A stretch of 64,000 nucleotides of DNA from Vicugna vicugna (lineage: Eukaryota), in NCBI GenBank assembly GCA_013265495.1, contig MU058257.1:1505262-1569261 (forward strand). Direction: 5' to 3'. Position numbers and translations under genes: made by a program. The notes beneath the pieces are model-generated. The model was not told the DNA's origin and did no database searches. It saw nothing but the letters and a program-made list of their open reading frames with translations. Numbering within the stretch: position 1 is the stretch's first letter; each line of letters begins with the position of its first letter. This document shows positions 14,418-28,727 of this stretch, in pieces.

Positions 14418-15251
14418 AGAGGCTGAGACAGAAATCCTTCAGGGGCCACATCAGGGAGCTCAGGGAGACGATAGGGCCCAAATACGGGCAACAGCAGGCG
14501 CTGGAGGAGAGAGGAGGAGAGGAGGCGGCTGCAGAGACAATAAAGGCACCTGAGAGGTCAGGGCCACCCCTGATGTCTGGCCTCCGCAACAGAAGAAACG
14601 GCGGTTCTATTTCTGGGTGGAGGAGGTGCCCAAGCGTGGACAAGTTACTCAAGGAAGAACAGGTTTTGGAGGAGGAAGTACAGGTCCCTGAGAGCCAGGC
14701 CAGTGGGCATCTCTGCAGGCAGCTAGACAGAGGGATCTGGAGGCAGAACAGGGCCCCAGGCTGGAGTCAGGACCCCGGGATGCAGCATAGCACACGGACC
14801 AGGGATGAAGATCTCCCAGGAGCATGTGCAGGAGACATAGCCCAGGAGACGCCTCGAGGAACACGAGCCAATAAAAGCACAGGTGGGAAAGAGTGACTGT
14901 AGGGGAGGCAGGAGGCCCAAGGGAAGGAGGAGACGAAAGAGCGGCAGGAGAGGATGCACGACCAGCAGCCTTCACAGAGCCCTGAGAGGTGGAGCGGACA
15001 ACACTGAGAATCGCCTCCCAGGGAACGTCCCCAAATGTGCCCACTGGGGGCGGGGACAGGAAGGGCGGGGAGTGCGGGCCTGGTGCACAGAGCTGCCAGG
15101 TTTTAAAGAAAACATATTACAATGACACATAGCACTTCCCACGTATAAGGGGCAAAATGTGACAGAGCACAGAAGGTATTCTTTTGCAAAGTTTCATCTT
15201 CTCTGGCTTGAAATTAAGTATGCAAACCCTTGATGTAAAGATGAGTCAGTG

Positions 15252-15404
15252 GTGGGGAGGGCAGAGCTCAGTGGTGGAGTGCGTGCTTAGCATGCATGAG
15301 GTCTGGGTTCAATCCCCAGTACCTCCATTAGATAAATAAAAAAAAAAATGAATCTAATTGCCTCCCTCCCTGCTGAAAAATTTTTAAAGAAAATAAAAAA
15401 TAAA
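15252..15404 (+). mobile_element. tRNA-derived SINE (Vic-1 type)
   Basis: A/B boxes, A-rich tail; TSD aaagatgagt(c/t)agtg at 15237 and 15405. Confidence 0.9.
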
Positions 15405-17426
15405 AAAGATGAGTTAGTGAAATATAATTGCGTGATACCGTCAAAGACTGGACCGTGCGGCTGAGGGACAGACCCAGGAGGGGAGAAGTTGGCACATTAT
15501 TTGGGACTGAGGTCCATTCATGACAAGACGCCCTGCACTTACGTCAATATTTACGGTAACATAATTCACACACCCCTCCCGGTAATTCAGGGAGACGGTT
15601 TCCCAAAGGGAATATATGTTTATACGTCCAACAGCTGTAAGATCATGTCTGAAGACTTACGGGAAGCTGAGCTGAGCACTTCTGTCTTCAGCCACTTCTT
15701 CGTTAAACCCTGTCAGTACAAAAGGCTTTTCACGAGTATTACTAAGAAAGCACAGAGCTCATGGTAAGGCTGGTTTGATGTAATTGCTTTATGAGCTGAC
15801 TCCACCCTGAGAACGCTAATAACCAGCAGTGTATGAACATGACACCATCAGGGGATTTAAATATTAAGCCTATCACTGCCTGCTACAGCTCTTCCCTTAC
15901 TCAAATCATTTTCATTCACACAAACACACACACAGAAGTGAACGAGAGGCCCAGACACAGCCGGGAACCCTAACTCCGGGCGTTTCCCAGGGCGACAGGG
16001 AACCAGATCAGTCCAGGCTGGGGCAGGTTTGGGGACAGGACAAAGCTCGTCTGGAGCCGGGATGCCGACCTCTCGTCCACACCTCGCATTTTAAGACCCC
16101 CCCCACCCCATCACATTCAATGGTTTTCTCTGAGAGAAAACTTTGAGAAGGTGCTAGACATTTTAGTTGGCTTTTAGAGATGAGGATGTGATCCGCTTCC
16201 AGCGGACCATCATGAGAGAGAGCCCCACCTGCTTTATTCACTCTGGATCCCCAGGATCCAGTATGTTCCCTGAACACAGAAGACGCTCAGTGAACATCTT
16301 GTGGAACATGGAAGTATTTAGTTTTGGGACAAGACCTAGTAAGAGACATTGTGTCTTGCAACCTCCCGGGGAGAACCGGTCACAGAGCTCTTTGTGGGAC
16401 GTTAACAGCACTGAATGATCTGGAAACCAGGAAAATCATCATTCAAGACGACCAACCCGGCAGCCTGCTCAGAGGTCAGCATTTATACTCACCACATGAA
16501 AGTGGATGTTTTATTCCCCCGTTTTCTACTCTGAGGTTTGCAGTTAAGGTTACACTGCTCCCTTGTTGTTGTGGAAATTAATTCGTGAATTACCATTAAC
16601 TCATTCTCCATTTCGAAAATAACAACAATGCAAAAATAAGTCAATGGTCAAATAACCTTAAAAAACGGTGGCCTCTCCACTGATTACCCACTGAGCTCAC
16701 ATGCAACTTTTCTCCACAAATCTGCCCGCATCTGAGGGTCAGTGAGCCAGCACCACAGCCAAAAAAGCTTGCTTTCACTACTGAACACAGACTTTAAAAT
16801 TAAGAAAAACTCCTAAGCAGTTTAGATACAACTTTCAGTTTGTAGCGTTTGCTGGTCCTTTCCCCAGAGCTGATTCAGAAACGTGGGGAGTTGAGCATCA
16901 GTAAAAACACAGTCAAGCTCTACACTTTCAACAAGCAGGTCCCTGGTCCAAGCCTGGTTCAGAACGGCACAGGCTTTACGACAGATTTCTGAAAAAACTT
17001 GTTCAGGTTCTAATATAAATTAACAAATACATACACAGTTTTCACACGCTGTGCTGTACAAGAAAGCACACCTCTACCTGGTACAGTTTTACTCTCTGGG
17101 ACACGGATGCTCATCCCCTCCCGACTCCTCCCGCATCCCAGACCGCAGCACACGCAGGGAACCCACCGCGGCTTCAGGCAGGAGATACCTCTGAAGGCAG
17201 GCTCAGGCCCCCAGTGGAGGAGAAAGGGGGACGGGAGGGCCGGGGTGGGGAGAATTACACTTCTGACAACACCCCAACTCTCCCCCTCCATGAGAGAGAC
17301 TTGCAGGAGGCACCCATCCTAGAAAAGGCAGGGAATGGGCGGCCACTGTGTCCACGTTCCCCCTCCCAGAGCACTGCCCACCAGGAGAGGTGTCGGCGTG
17401 AGCAGGAAGGGGCGGCCCTGTCTTCA

Positions 17427-17900
<474 letters not shown>

Positions 17901-18719
17901 TTAGTTAAAAAAATAAAAACAAAGGAAAAAGGGAGAAAAAAGGGCTTTAATACGAATGGATTATGGCCAATTGAACAGCAGCACAATACTGTGTAAGCGG
18001 CCCCTCTGTCTCCTTCAGTCATTCATCCATTTGTAAATTAAGTCATTATCATAATCTGTTGACCAAAACAGCCACTAGTTCCAAAGACACAAAGTGATTA
18101 CTCTCCTGCTTCCAGAGACACCCAGAGAGCTTACTTACAGCCCAGGACGTGCAGCACTCCAGGCCACCAGCCAGCTGGGGAGGGGTGCCCCCTCAGCAGC
18201 CAGGACATTCTCCCCAGGCTGGGAGACAGGCGGGGCGCCCCCCAGGAGGGCTTTCCTGGGGCAGCTCTGGGCCCAGACAGACAACCTCCACTTCCCCAGA
18301 ATAGCCAAGCGCTGCAAATTCTGAGACACAAACACACACTACGAACGAGACAGATGAACGAGGCCCTGCTGTGCAGCATGGGTCATAATGGAAAAGCACA
18401 CGAGAGTGTCCGTGTGTGTGTGTGACTGATCGCCACGCTGCACACCAGAAACTGACACAACACTGCAAATCAACGACACTTCAATTTGGGGAAAAAAAAG
18501 TTAAAAAAAAAGATGAGCTGAAGCCATGAGCTCGACGCCCAAGCGAGAGAGCTCTGTGATTCCCCTGGTCGTTTGGTGGTGGAAAACACGTAAGCGTTTG
18601 GGGGCGAACACATCGCCCCAAAACACGCCACTTTGGCACTAGGGTTATTTTGAGCGGAAGGTAACTGACACCCGGCACAACACAGGAGGAAGCCTCTCCT
18701 CCCCTTTCTGGCTAAACAC

Positions 18720-19169
18720 GGGCCATACAGTCCCCCTGGTAGAGGCGTCCCCTCCGCTCTCCCAGAGCTGGGGGAGGAAAACCCTCACCAGCAGAGCCAG
18801 AGACGACACTGAGACGCAGCCACGTAAACACACCTTACATGGGAGACCTTTCCTGCCACCGGTTTCCCTCATGTACCTGCCTTCCCACAGCACACGCCCT
18901 GGAAGCCCAAACCCCCTTGCTTTGTCTAATCGCCACTACACCCTGTATCATCATTTGCTAAAATGGCCCAGGAGCTTCCGTGGCTAAGCGCTTCTTTAGG
19001 GGTTCCCTGCTGCTCTGTGGAGCCCCTATGCTCATAAAATTGGAAATATTAACATCTATAAAATTTGTGAACTTCTCCTCCTGCAAATCTGTGTTTTGTC
19101 TGTTTAATTCACAGGCCACAGACACCGAGTCTAAGAGAGTAGATGCCAGGTTTCATCCCTCAGCTTACA
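18720..19169 (+). mobile_element. Old ERV1 LTR remnant (MER34/MER39-like), 5' boundary approximate
   Basis: 3' end aaatttgtgaacttctcctcctgcaaatctgtgttttgtctgtttaattcacaggcc...ttaca resembles the recalled MER34-family U5. Confidence 0.55.
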
Positions 19170-19194
19170 TGTTTCCAACACAGGGTTGTAATTA

Positions 19195-19611
<417 letters not shown>

Positions 19612-22600
19612 TCATGCGGCACTTGCTTCAAAACTGAAACAAACCCAAACCAGATTCTGAAAAATGGGGGGGGGGGATGCAGCAGGAGGAAAAAAGGCAT
19701 GCAGGCTCCTCGAGCTCTGGTTTGTTTGTTTTCTTGTCTGTTTACATGTTCTTAAACCACAAGAGAAAAACAGTGACAGCAGGAATAAAAATAAACAAGC
19801 ACAGCACATTTGTCCCTCCTTCCCCACTAGGAACATCAGTGTTAGCAATAGCTGAGTGTTCAATAATGGTGTCCTTTATTCATAAACAGTAACAAATCCT
19901 GATGAGACAAAGTCAGCAGAAGAAAAGGTACTCATTTTCAGAGAGCCCCCAGGGAGTTTTATCTTCCAACATCTAGGAGACAAAGCGGAGATAAACAGCA
20001 TTAGAGGACATTTTTCCACAGGGCTGTGCCACGCTTAACACAGCGGTGGGTATCACCCCAGCAATGCTGCTGAATCAGTTGTGCACGCCAGCCTCCACGC
20101 TGTAACCGTGGCCACCAAGTGTGACCGGAGACTGTTCCAGGACACTACACAAACTTTTCCCCACCGTCCCTAAAACAGCATGGAAGAAATGAACGTTTAA
20201 AGTATAACCTGATGAAATGCAGGAGATGATGGATAAAACTGCTGGACACCTGAAGAGGAAGCCGCCTGCCTTCTGTGACCCTCCTCAGGGACCCCCCAGA
20301 CCTCGACACTGGCCATCTCCACACAGGTAAGGCCAGAATCCCGTATCAAAGCCAGTGCTTCCAGCCACGGGACGCACAGGGGCACAAGCTCTTTGAACCA
20401 CAAGTAAATCCCTCATCTCACTTTTCCCAACTTGGGAAAATTTCTCCAGCATCCACCCAGTCGTTCAAGCTGGATTTACCAAATTACAGGGGAAGAACAG
20501 TCAAACAGCCAGTGGTACCTGATTCGGCCAGACCCCAACGCTGTACTGAAAAGAGTGTCCACTTACACACGTGTAAGGCTACTGCAGAGCAACGGAAATG
20601 TGGGCAGACTTCAATTTTTTTCTTTGTATCCCAACTAATTTTTTAAAACTTTCTAATATTGTCAGAATTACCATAATAATGATAAAATAATTTTAGAAAG
20701 GATTCTGGGATCTAACACACAATCTCAAATATCTCAATTAGATGAAATAATTTTTGGAAGTACAGAGTTTATCAGTAAGAGATTTTTTTAAAGGTTATCC
20801 TAAGAGATGTCATATTTAAGTCTCCAAATCTGTAACACTGTGATCTACAAAGCTGCTAATTTACTAATTTTCAATGTTACCGTTCTCTGCGCCATCTCAA
20901 AGGATACCCTCGACGTTGTCAGGACAAGGTATGTTTCCAAAAATTGCTAATATGTTAAAAACAGGAAAACTACATAATAAAGAAGGTTAAAAAGAACAAC
21001 TTGAGAAGATCCTGGGTGACAGCGCTGTTAACTACACAAAGTGAATACATTTCAGCTTCAAAAATCAAAATGAAGCCTTTATGTGCTCATTATAAAAGCC
21101 TTCTAATATTTAAAATACTCCTGGAGAATAACTGTAGCGCAAATAAAATCAATGTTATTGGTGAGGAAAAAAAATCAAATACTCACCAAAATACTAACGT
21201 CATATTTTCTATGCGAAAGTATCTTAATATACTTGTTTTCCTCTATGAAGTTTAATTTTTATCCATACGATTCAAAACAATTCAAGAGAAGTAACTGAAG
21301 ACTGTGTGTGAATGAACATCGCTAACTCAACATAATTGTTTATAAAACCGTACAGGTGAATTTTCACATCTGAAATATACCACGGCATCGAAACCCACTA
21401 CAAGCCCTTCTGTTTTTAATTCAGAAGCAACTGAAAGATGAAGTTCACTTTGTGAATCAGAAGCATATTCCTGGGAAAGTTGCATTTGAAAAGACACAGA
21501 AACCAGAGACAGTTCCTGGCTGGGCACTTTAGGTCAGATCATTCAGGGCGACTATTTGCCTCCCATCTGGAAGGTTCCTAATTGTCACTTACTGATTTTA
21601 TCTCTCCAGTTTGGTTTTTTAATGTTTACCGATTTTAACATTTCCACAATGTTCTACTAAGGCTTCAAATTCTCATTTTCCTTCTACTTGAATATCAAGA
21701 TAAGGGGCTGACTGAATCCATGAAAAGAAATTTTAATCAAGTTCAAGTCCCCACCTCCTGACGCGCCCTGCTCTGAACCTGTCTTAAAGGAGGCTGGGTT
21801 CTCCACGGGAACATTTCATTTATTAGGAAAGCTGCAGGTGGGAATAATATTCATTCTCAGCTGTTTTATCAAGTCTTAAGTCATTATTATTGCTAAAAAC
21901 ATTTAAGTGAGAGATGGTACTTTTTCTCTGGTATTTCATTATTAATCCATTTGGCTCTTGACATGACTGAAATTAATGCCAGCTTTTAGGGCCTAATTCA
22001 CTGGCAGCAAAATGTTTTTTAAAAATCTGCTCTTCAAAAACCATTTTAAATCCTACATCATACAGAACCTTCCCAAAGTCTTACTCGTGTGGGCATCTCT
22101 CTGTTCTGATTCAAAAGGAGCTAATTTTCTGTCACCTTTGACTGCTATTCCATGCAGATTCTGGACCATATCAACTGTTTGAGTCAAGTTCTTTCTAAAG
22201 AAACACAGTAAATATTTTTTTTCTCTTTCCTTTGCTCCTCAAGCCTTCTGTACAGGATGTCACTCAAGCACACATCACGTCCCTCACGCACAGACACGTG
22301 TGCACCCCAAGTGATCTGCCATCAAAACAGCCCGTGATGTCTTCCTGTGGCCACTGCGTCACTGGCATCTTTGCCTTCTAGTGCCCAGAAAACCAGGACA
22401 TTTGTGCAAGTGTGTTAGAAGCAGGGGAGGTACCACCTGGCAGGACGAAAGCTATTTACTTTCCCACCATCCTCAGAACAGCAGCAAAGACGCCTGCACA
22501 CTTGCACCTGCACCTGGACTGAGACAGAAGCCAGCCGCAAGTGGTCCTTCCTCCCCAGACAACGGTCCCGGCCCTGAGGGGGACACAGCTGGCCCACGGG

Positions 22601-22859
22601 CCACTCTCAGCCTGCAGTTCATCTGCAAAATGGGGAACAAGAAAGTCAGAGGTGATTATACTACATGGCCAAAAAGTAACCATGAGGAGAGGAATCCCTG
22701 GGCCGCAACATATGGACATTTTGATAAGAGTGTACGAAATATTAAGACACAAGAGAAATATGTATACGTATCACACGAGATCACAGAATGACAGGTATGG
22801 GTCCAGGAGATGATTGTGGCAGGCAGAGAAATAAAGGATTCAACACATATGTGTCACTT

Positions 22860-22976
22860 GTGAAACACTATATGCATACACATCCACACATATACACACA
22901 TCCATACATATGCACAGACATATACACACACACATACATATGCATACACATCCACACACATACACACATACACACC
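22860..22976. repeat. Degenerate (CA/TA)n microsatellite
   Basis: catacacatccacacatatacacaca... Confidence 0.85.
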
Positions 22977-22989
22977 TGTCTCCCGATCC

Positions 22990-23600
22990 TGCTGGTGTTT
23001 TGGTTTTGGCCTTGGTTCCCAGCACAAGCTCCTAAAACCCTTGGGATTCCCTGAGTGACAGAAACGTCCGGCAAGAACTCCTAAATCCCCTGGATCTCCT
23101 GAGCGACGAGAGTGTCCTCTGTTCTAATGGGGTGAGTCTGGGTGGACTCCAGACAGCTGCCAAGTCATGATTAGAAGCTTGGACTTTTCAGCACCCCCCC
23201 CCCGCCCCAGAGAAGTGAGAAGGGCGGGAAATGCTGTAATTACCCTGCCTGCACGATGCAGCCCCCACCATACCCCCAAAAGTCCCAGGGTGATGGACAC
23301 GCCCACAAAGAGACCACAGCACCTGTGTGCAGTGACCCCCAGCCTTCGCTATTCTCTGCATCCTCTAAAACACCCTGTGTGAGAAGTTGGCCACAGCAAG
23401 TCAACTGTTTTCACGGCGTGTGGTTGGCTCTAGCAAGTTATCAAACCAGAGGAGAGGGTCATGGGAACCTCTGACTTGTAGCCAAGTCAGGCAGAGGTTG
23501 TGGGTAGCCCGGAGCCGGCTCCTGAGGCAAGGGTTTTGGGGGATGGAGCCCTTAGCCCGTGGGCTCCACGCTAGCTCCGGGCAGCGAGTGTCAGAACTGC
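22990..23600 (+). mobile_element. MER21-like LTR remnant
   Basis: Motifs agctcctaaaacccttggga, catgattagaagcttggacttttcagc, gagggtcatgggaacc, gtgtcagaactg recalled from the MER21 family. Confidence 0.6.
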
Positions 23601-23719
23601 CGGGTACGGAAAGCTCACGCCTGGGATCTGTCATCTACTGCTTTCTCTCGTGTTCTGTCCTCCATGGAGTTAACACCTCACCTGCACAAGTAACTTTACT
23701 GCACCTCAGAACATCAAAA

Positions 23720-24170
23720 CACACAGGCAGACACTCCCACAACAGACAGTGGACCAAATATATGCAACAGGCTCAGGAGCTATTGAATTGCTAAAAAAAC
23801 AATTATTTTAAGGAAAGACATTCAGCAATGCAGAAGGGGCGGTGACACGGGCACTCTCTTGCAGTGCTGGTGAAGACGTGAAAAGGCGCAATACTGAGGA
23901 AAGCCAACTTGATAACGCTGATCAAATGCCTCCATACCCTGCTTCTGCTTAACCAAGACATGTTCCTTCTAGCAATAAATCCTAGAAGCCTAACTGGTCA
24001 TCAGCAAAGATTAAACTGTGAAGATGTTCACTGTTTTAATTATTCAGCAAAAACGTGAAAACAGTGTTCACATGTGACATTAAGGGAGAAGACTCAGATA
24101 CACAATGGAATATCATCAGCTGTTAAAGTGCCTTTAACAACACTGAGTGAGACAGAAAAATATTTATGAC
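23720..24170 (+). mobile_element. Highly decayed L1 3' fragment
   Basis: Degenerate L1M-like motifs (gggcactctcttgcagtgctggtgaagacgtgaaa; acaatggaatatcatcagctgttaaa). Confidence 0.45.
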
Positions 24171-24489
24171 TAAGAAGCTGGGTTTTGTCCCCTGGGCTCT
24201 CGTAACTCCCAGCACGTCCCCCATCGTGAGCCCTGACACCGTTTTTACAAACTGTTTCATGTCTGCTTGTTCAGGGGCCGCCGCAGGGGTGGGGGGCACA
24301 CCAGCCTCCCCAGAGCCTGACGCACAGCCCCTGCGCGCTGCCTGACGCTGACCTCACCACGACACAGATCAGCTAGAAGGTAAAGAAGAAAATCGTGGGA
24401 GAATATCCATCAAAACGGCAGCAATGACATCACATAATTCAGGTGATTTTCATTTTCTTCCGAATGTTCTACTGTCAACAGGCATTATT

Positions 24490-25090
24490 TTCCGTGATGC
24501 ACAAAGCCCGCTGTGCAAGATGGAGACAAGCTTCCGCCTCCGTCTCGTGACCGCCCAGCCTCCCCATCTCCATTTACTAAGGAGGCTCTCCTTCCCCCCT
24601 GCGTGTTCTGGGCTCCTCTGTCCCGGCTGACGGGCCGGGTGTGCGTGGCTTACTTCTGGGCTCTCCTGCTCTGTTCTGTGTGTCTGTTTTTATGCCGACA
24701 TCGTACTTCTGACTACAGTGGCTTTGTGACATAGACTACAACATAGGAATTGTGACACCGCCAAGCTCTGCTCTTTCTTAAGACTGCTTTGGCTATTAGA
24801 GTCTTTTGTGGTTCCAGTACATTTTAGGTGTTTGTTTTTTTGTTTTATTCTGTGGAAAATGCCATTGGCATTTTGACAGCAACTGCACTGAATCTGGGGA
24901 TAGCTTTGGGTAACATGGATATTTTAACAATCTTAATTCTTCCCATCTGTGAGCATGGACTATATTTCCACTTATTTGTGTCTTTTTCAACTTCTCTCAT
25001 CAGTGTCTCACAGTGTTCAGTGTACAAGGCGTTCATCTCCTTGGCTGAATTCATTCCTAAGCACGTTGACCCTCTGGTACACGGGACCGT
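24490..25090 (-). mobile_element. LINE-1 ORF2 fragment (decayed)
   Basis: ORF 24845..25099 TLMREVEKDTNKWKYSPCSQMGRIKIVKISMLPKAI matches the L1 ORF2p motif [35 protein letters not shown]. Confidence 0.9.
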
Positions 25091-25572
25091 TCTCCTCATT
25101 CACAGCGGCGTCAGTACGGCGGGTAGAGCCTTCACACCCACCACCACCACCGTCAAATGGGCCGACCGACGACCACGCTGACTGACAGCTCATGGCCTTT
25201 CCCAGTCACAGCCACGCCCTTTCTGACGCTGGCCTATCAAGATGCCTCCTGACCTCCAGGGAGTTTCCCCCAGACTCCTCAGTGCATCCCTGCAGCTCCC
25301 ATAGTGGGATCCCATGATCCTTCTTGGAATGCGTGTTGAATTCCTGACACGTAAGCATGTTTTACATCATACCCACATGGTCTGCTTTCATCTCCGATCA
25401 CCCTCCATGCACCCAGGGGCTCTGAATCCGTATAGGACGCAGTTACACTCCTACACGGATCTCACCGGGGCGTCTCCTAGGCAGGCCTGCAGAGGCCTTC
25501 GAAGTCCAAACAAGAAACGGGCATTTCAGTCAGTCCAGGCCTGAGAGCCTGCCGTTGAATTCACGGCTCCAC

Positions 25573-25922
25573 TGTGGTGGTTAATTCTGTCCACTGGGAA
25601 GGTATTTTTCTAGATGAGATTAACTTTTAAATATGTGAGCTCTGAATAGAACAGACTGCTCTCCATAACTGAGGGGGCCTCGTCCAGTCAGTTAAAGAAC
25701 AGAACAGGAAAGGAAGACAGGCCTCCCCCGCAAGGCGGGGTTCTCCGGCAGATGCCCCCTGTGCGATGGGCCCTCCTGGCTGCAGCCCGCTGGCCCATCC
25801 TGCAGATGGGAACTTGTCCGTCTTCATAAGCACACAAGCCAGGTCCTCACAATACACCCCTGTCTGTATATATACACACACCTCCTACTGGTCCTGTGTC
25901 TCCAGAAAACCCGGATAATACA
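25573..25922 (+). mobile_element. MLT2-type (ERVL) solo LTR
   Basis: TGtggtggttaatt...gatgagattaac...tctccagaaaacccggataataCA. Confidence 0.75.
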
Positions 25923-28688
25923 CCCATATACTGTCCTGTCCAACCTGGACAGCCACACGGATAAGCTACCAAGTGAGTTCCCTTGTGAAAGGCAAAGGGG
26001 TTCGTTTAGGACTTGGAGGAAGAGACCTTGGGCCTCTGCTAAATAATTCAGCTTTCGGTCCAATTTTGAGTGGATGACCTACAACTCAGGATTCTGGTCA
26101 CCCAGTCTCATTCACTAAAGTGACACTGAGAAGACTTTCAGGAAACCTATGTGTCAGACACTTAGAAGGTCCACCAGCCATTGGAACAGGCCTCCGCATT
26201 TACCTAAGTGACCTTTTAACAGTCCCTCAGACTTCACCCATTAGGGTTCACTGTGATGATCAAGAGCTCAGGCCCTTTTGTTCCAAGGTGCTTGCAGTCA
26301 CCAGAATCTTTACATGGTATCAGAGGATTTCGTGACTTGAATGAATTTAATGACTTGCCAACAACAGGTATCGAGGGAGGCAGAGACCCCGCCAAGTCAA
26401 CTTTTAAATTATAATTTGAACACAAAGCCTCTGACAGCCCGAAATGGTGCCGCACAGACAGGCACAGCGGCAAGAAGGCAAAAGAAAGAACAAGAAACTG
26501 GAAAGAAAAAGTCTAGAAAAATATTAAAACTTCCTGACTTCCTTACTTAGCTTGGAAAACCCTCATCAGAAAAAAAAAAAATCCCCCTTGAAACTGGAAG
26601 CCAGACACACTTGTGTGGACACTGTCCCTTCCGCTCAGGTAACAGACTCGCCACTGGTGCCAGCGAGCCGGCAGGAACCCACGCCCTTGGGGGCGAGCAG
26701 TGCAGGAGGAGGACTCTGGCCCTCCCGGTAGAGTCCCAAGCTGCTGACCCTCCGTCTCTTCACCGGGACCGACGCCTCTCCTTACGCATCATTTTCCATC
26801 TCAGGCCGTCTCAGGCACGGATACAATTTATGTGTGAAGTTCTTCACTTTTCCAGAACATTCTATGATGTTAAGATGCCAAACAACAAAGGAGTTCTTCA
26901 CCCAAGGATCCCGTTGGAAAATACCTCCCATGTACACCTTCGATACGCAGCCGCTCCACGGTGAGGTTACCGTGTACACGGTAGATAAGTTAGTGCGCAA
27001 ACAAGTCTACAACCTTTCCTCTTACGACACTCGGGCTTAGTCACATCAGTGGACAAGTGCTCACCATCCAGAGTTAACCAAGAAGTTGTCACAGATTTTT
27101 CTCAATACTTTCTGGTAACTTCTAAGGTTTAATTTCATAATCAGCTGGGGTTTATTTGGGTGTCTTTTGAGAAAAAGGAATCTGACCTTCTAAAGTGAAT
27201 GGCTGACTGTTATAGACATTGAGCAAACTGCTCTTTACCACAACTGGGAAATGCCGTCCTGAACACACGCGCACATACATGCGCACACACCAGGACTGCT
27301 TCCACCACTGCCGATGTGCTGAAATGACCTATTTGTCTATTCCTGTGACAGCATCATGCTATTTTAAGTATTTTGGCTTCACAGTACATTTTGCCATCAT
27401 TACTGTCCTTTAAAATAGAATAAGTCATTCTTGTGCCCCATTTGATTTTTTAGAATCACTTTGTCTAATTTCCCCTACCACACACACACATACAGCATTG
27501 TGACTTTGTTTAACTATTACAGACTTATTGATTTGATGCGTGAAAAACTGAAAGCTATGAATTGTCCACAACCTAACCTTACAAATGTGTAATAGTCTCA
27601 AGGCAGTTTACTGATTTTCCTCTGAGGTCTGATTAGTCATCCATTTTTGTTAATTACGCAACATTCGAAAATAACATTTTGTTTGTTTATTAGGTTCAAA
27701 GTTGTCTGTGTGTGACTGTATAATGAAAAACCAAATTAATTTATTAATAGTGTTAATTATGTTACTGAAATTCTTCATATCCTTTGTCTACCTAATATGA
27801 CAAATTTTGGAAAAATACATATTAGCATCACCCACTGTGGATGTGGTTTGTTGAATTTTCATTCTGCTCATAAGAGTGTGAGACCTGTATGTTTCTGTGC
27901 TTAATGAAGGCTTAAATGCCTAAAAAGACCCTGTTAGAATTTCTACTGGGCGGCATCAGGTATCAACGTGAAGCTCCATCCCTTTTCACCCCAGGCAGTG
28001 CGTCCACACCAGAGGTGAGTTCAGAGATGCAATCCTCACGTCACCATGTCAGTGCTGCCTGCTGGAACTCAGCCTGCTCCTTTATCCTCAGCCGGTATTA
28101 GGATCTGTCTTCCAAACAGGACACAACTCTTTCTGCATTTTAATCTAAGCTCTGAGAACTTACTTCTGTTAAATAAGACTTAACCCCTTGCTAGATGTAA
28201 GTTACTAGGACAATGAATATGTTTAGCCAAATCGCTGCTGCATTTTGTCTTTCCTGTCTGTGATACATTTTTATTGTGCTTTTAGGCCTTCCCTAGTTTT
28301 TCTATGCTTGAATTGAGTTTTCTTCTTTACTTTCATTTTTATTGCCACTGATAACGTAGCACTTCACAATTCACGATGTCCTTTGTCTATTTAATGTCAA
28401 ATCACTAAGTGCATCCCCTTTGGTCCCTCTCGTTATGCAGGTGATTGGGGAAAGCTGTTCATGTCTCTTCCTTACCCCTGTCTGATCAGAAATAAGCACA
28501 ACGTATTCTCTGGGGCAGCAGTAATAAGTCGCCCTAAGGTAAGATCACTTGGGAATTTAATAAATCTGCGTAGTATCTACTGTGAGCCAGGAAAAGAGAG
28601 GACGAGTAACTTCACAATTAATTAGTACGAAGTTAGTTCCACGTGTCTTGCCAACATCTCTGCATTCTGCAAAAGACAAAGCTCTTAC

Positions 28689-28727
28689 CGTTTCTTTTGG
28701 AATCTGCATCTGCCTTGGCTCTGCATT
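28689..28727 (-). CDS. PARD3: PARD3 cassette exon 12 (39 nt, NAEPRQMQIPKET), duplicate copy that comes second in transcript order
   Basis: Identical 39-nt exon with intact AG/GT, 2367 nt from the other copy. Confidence 0.88.
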
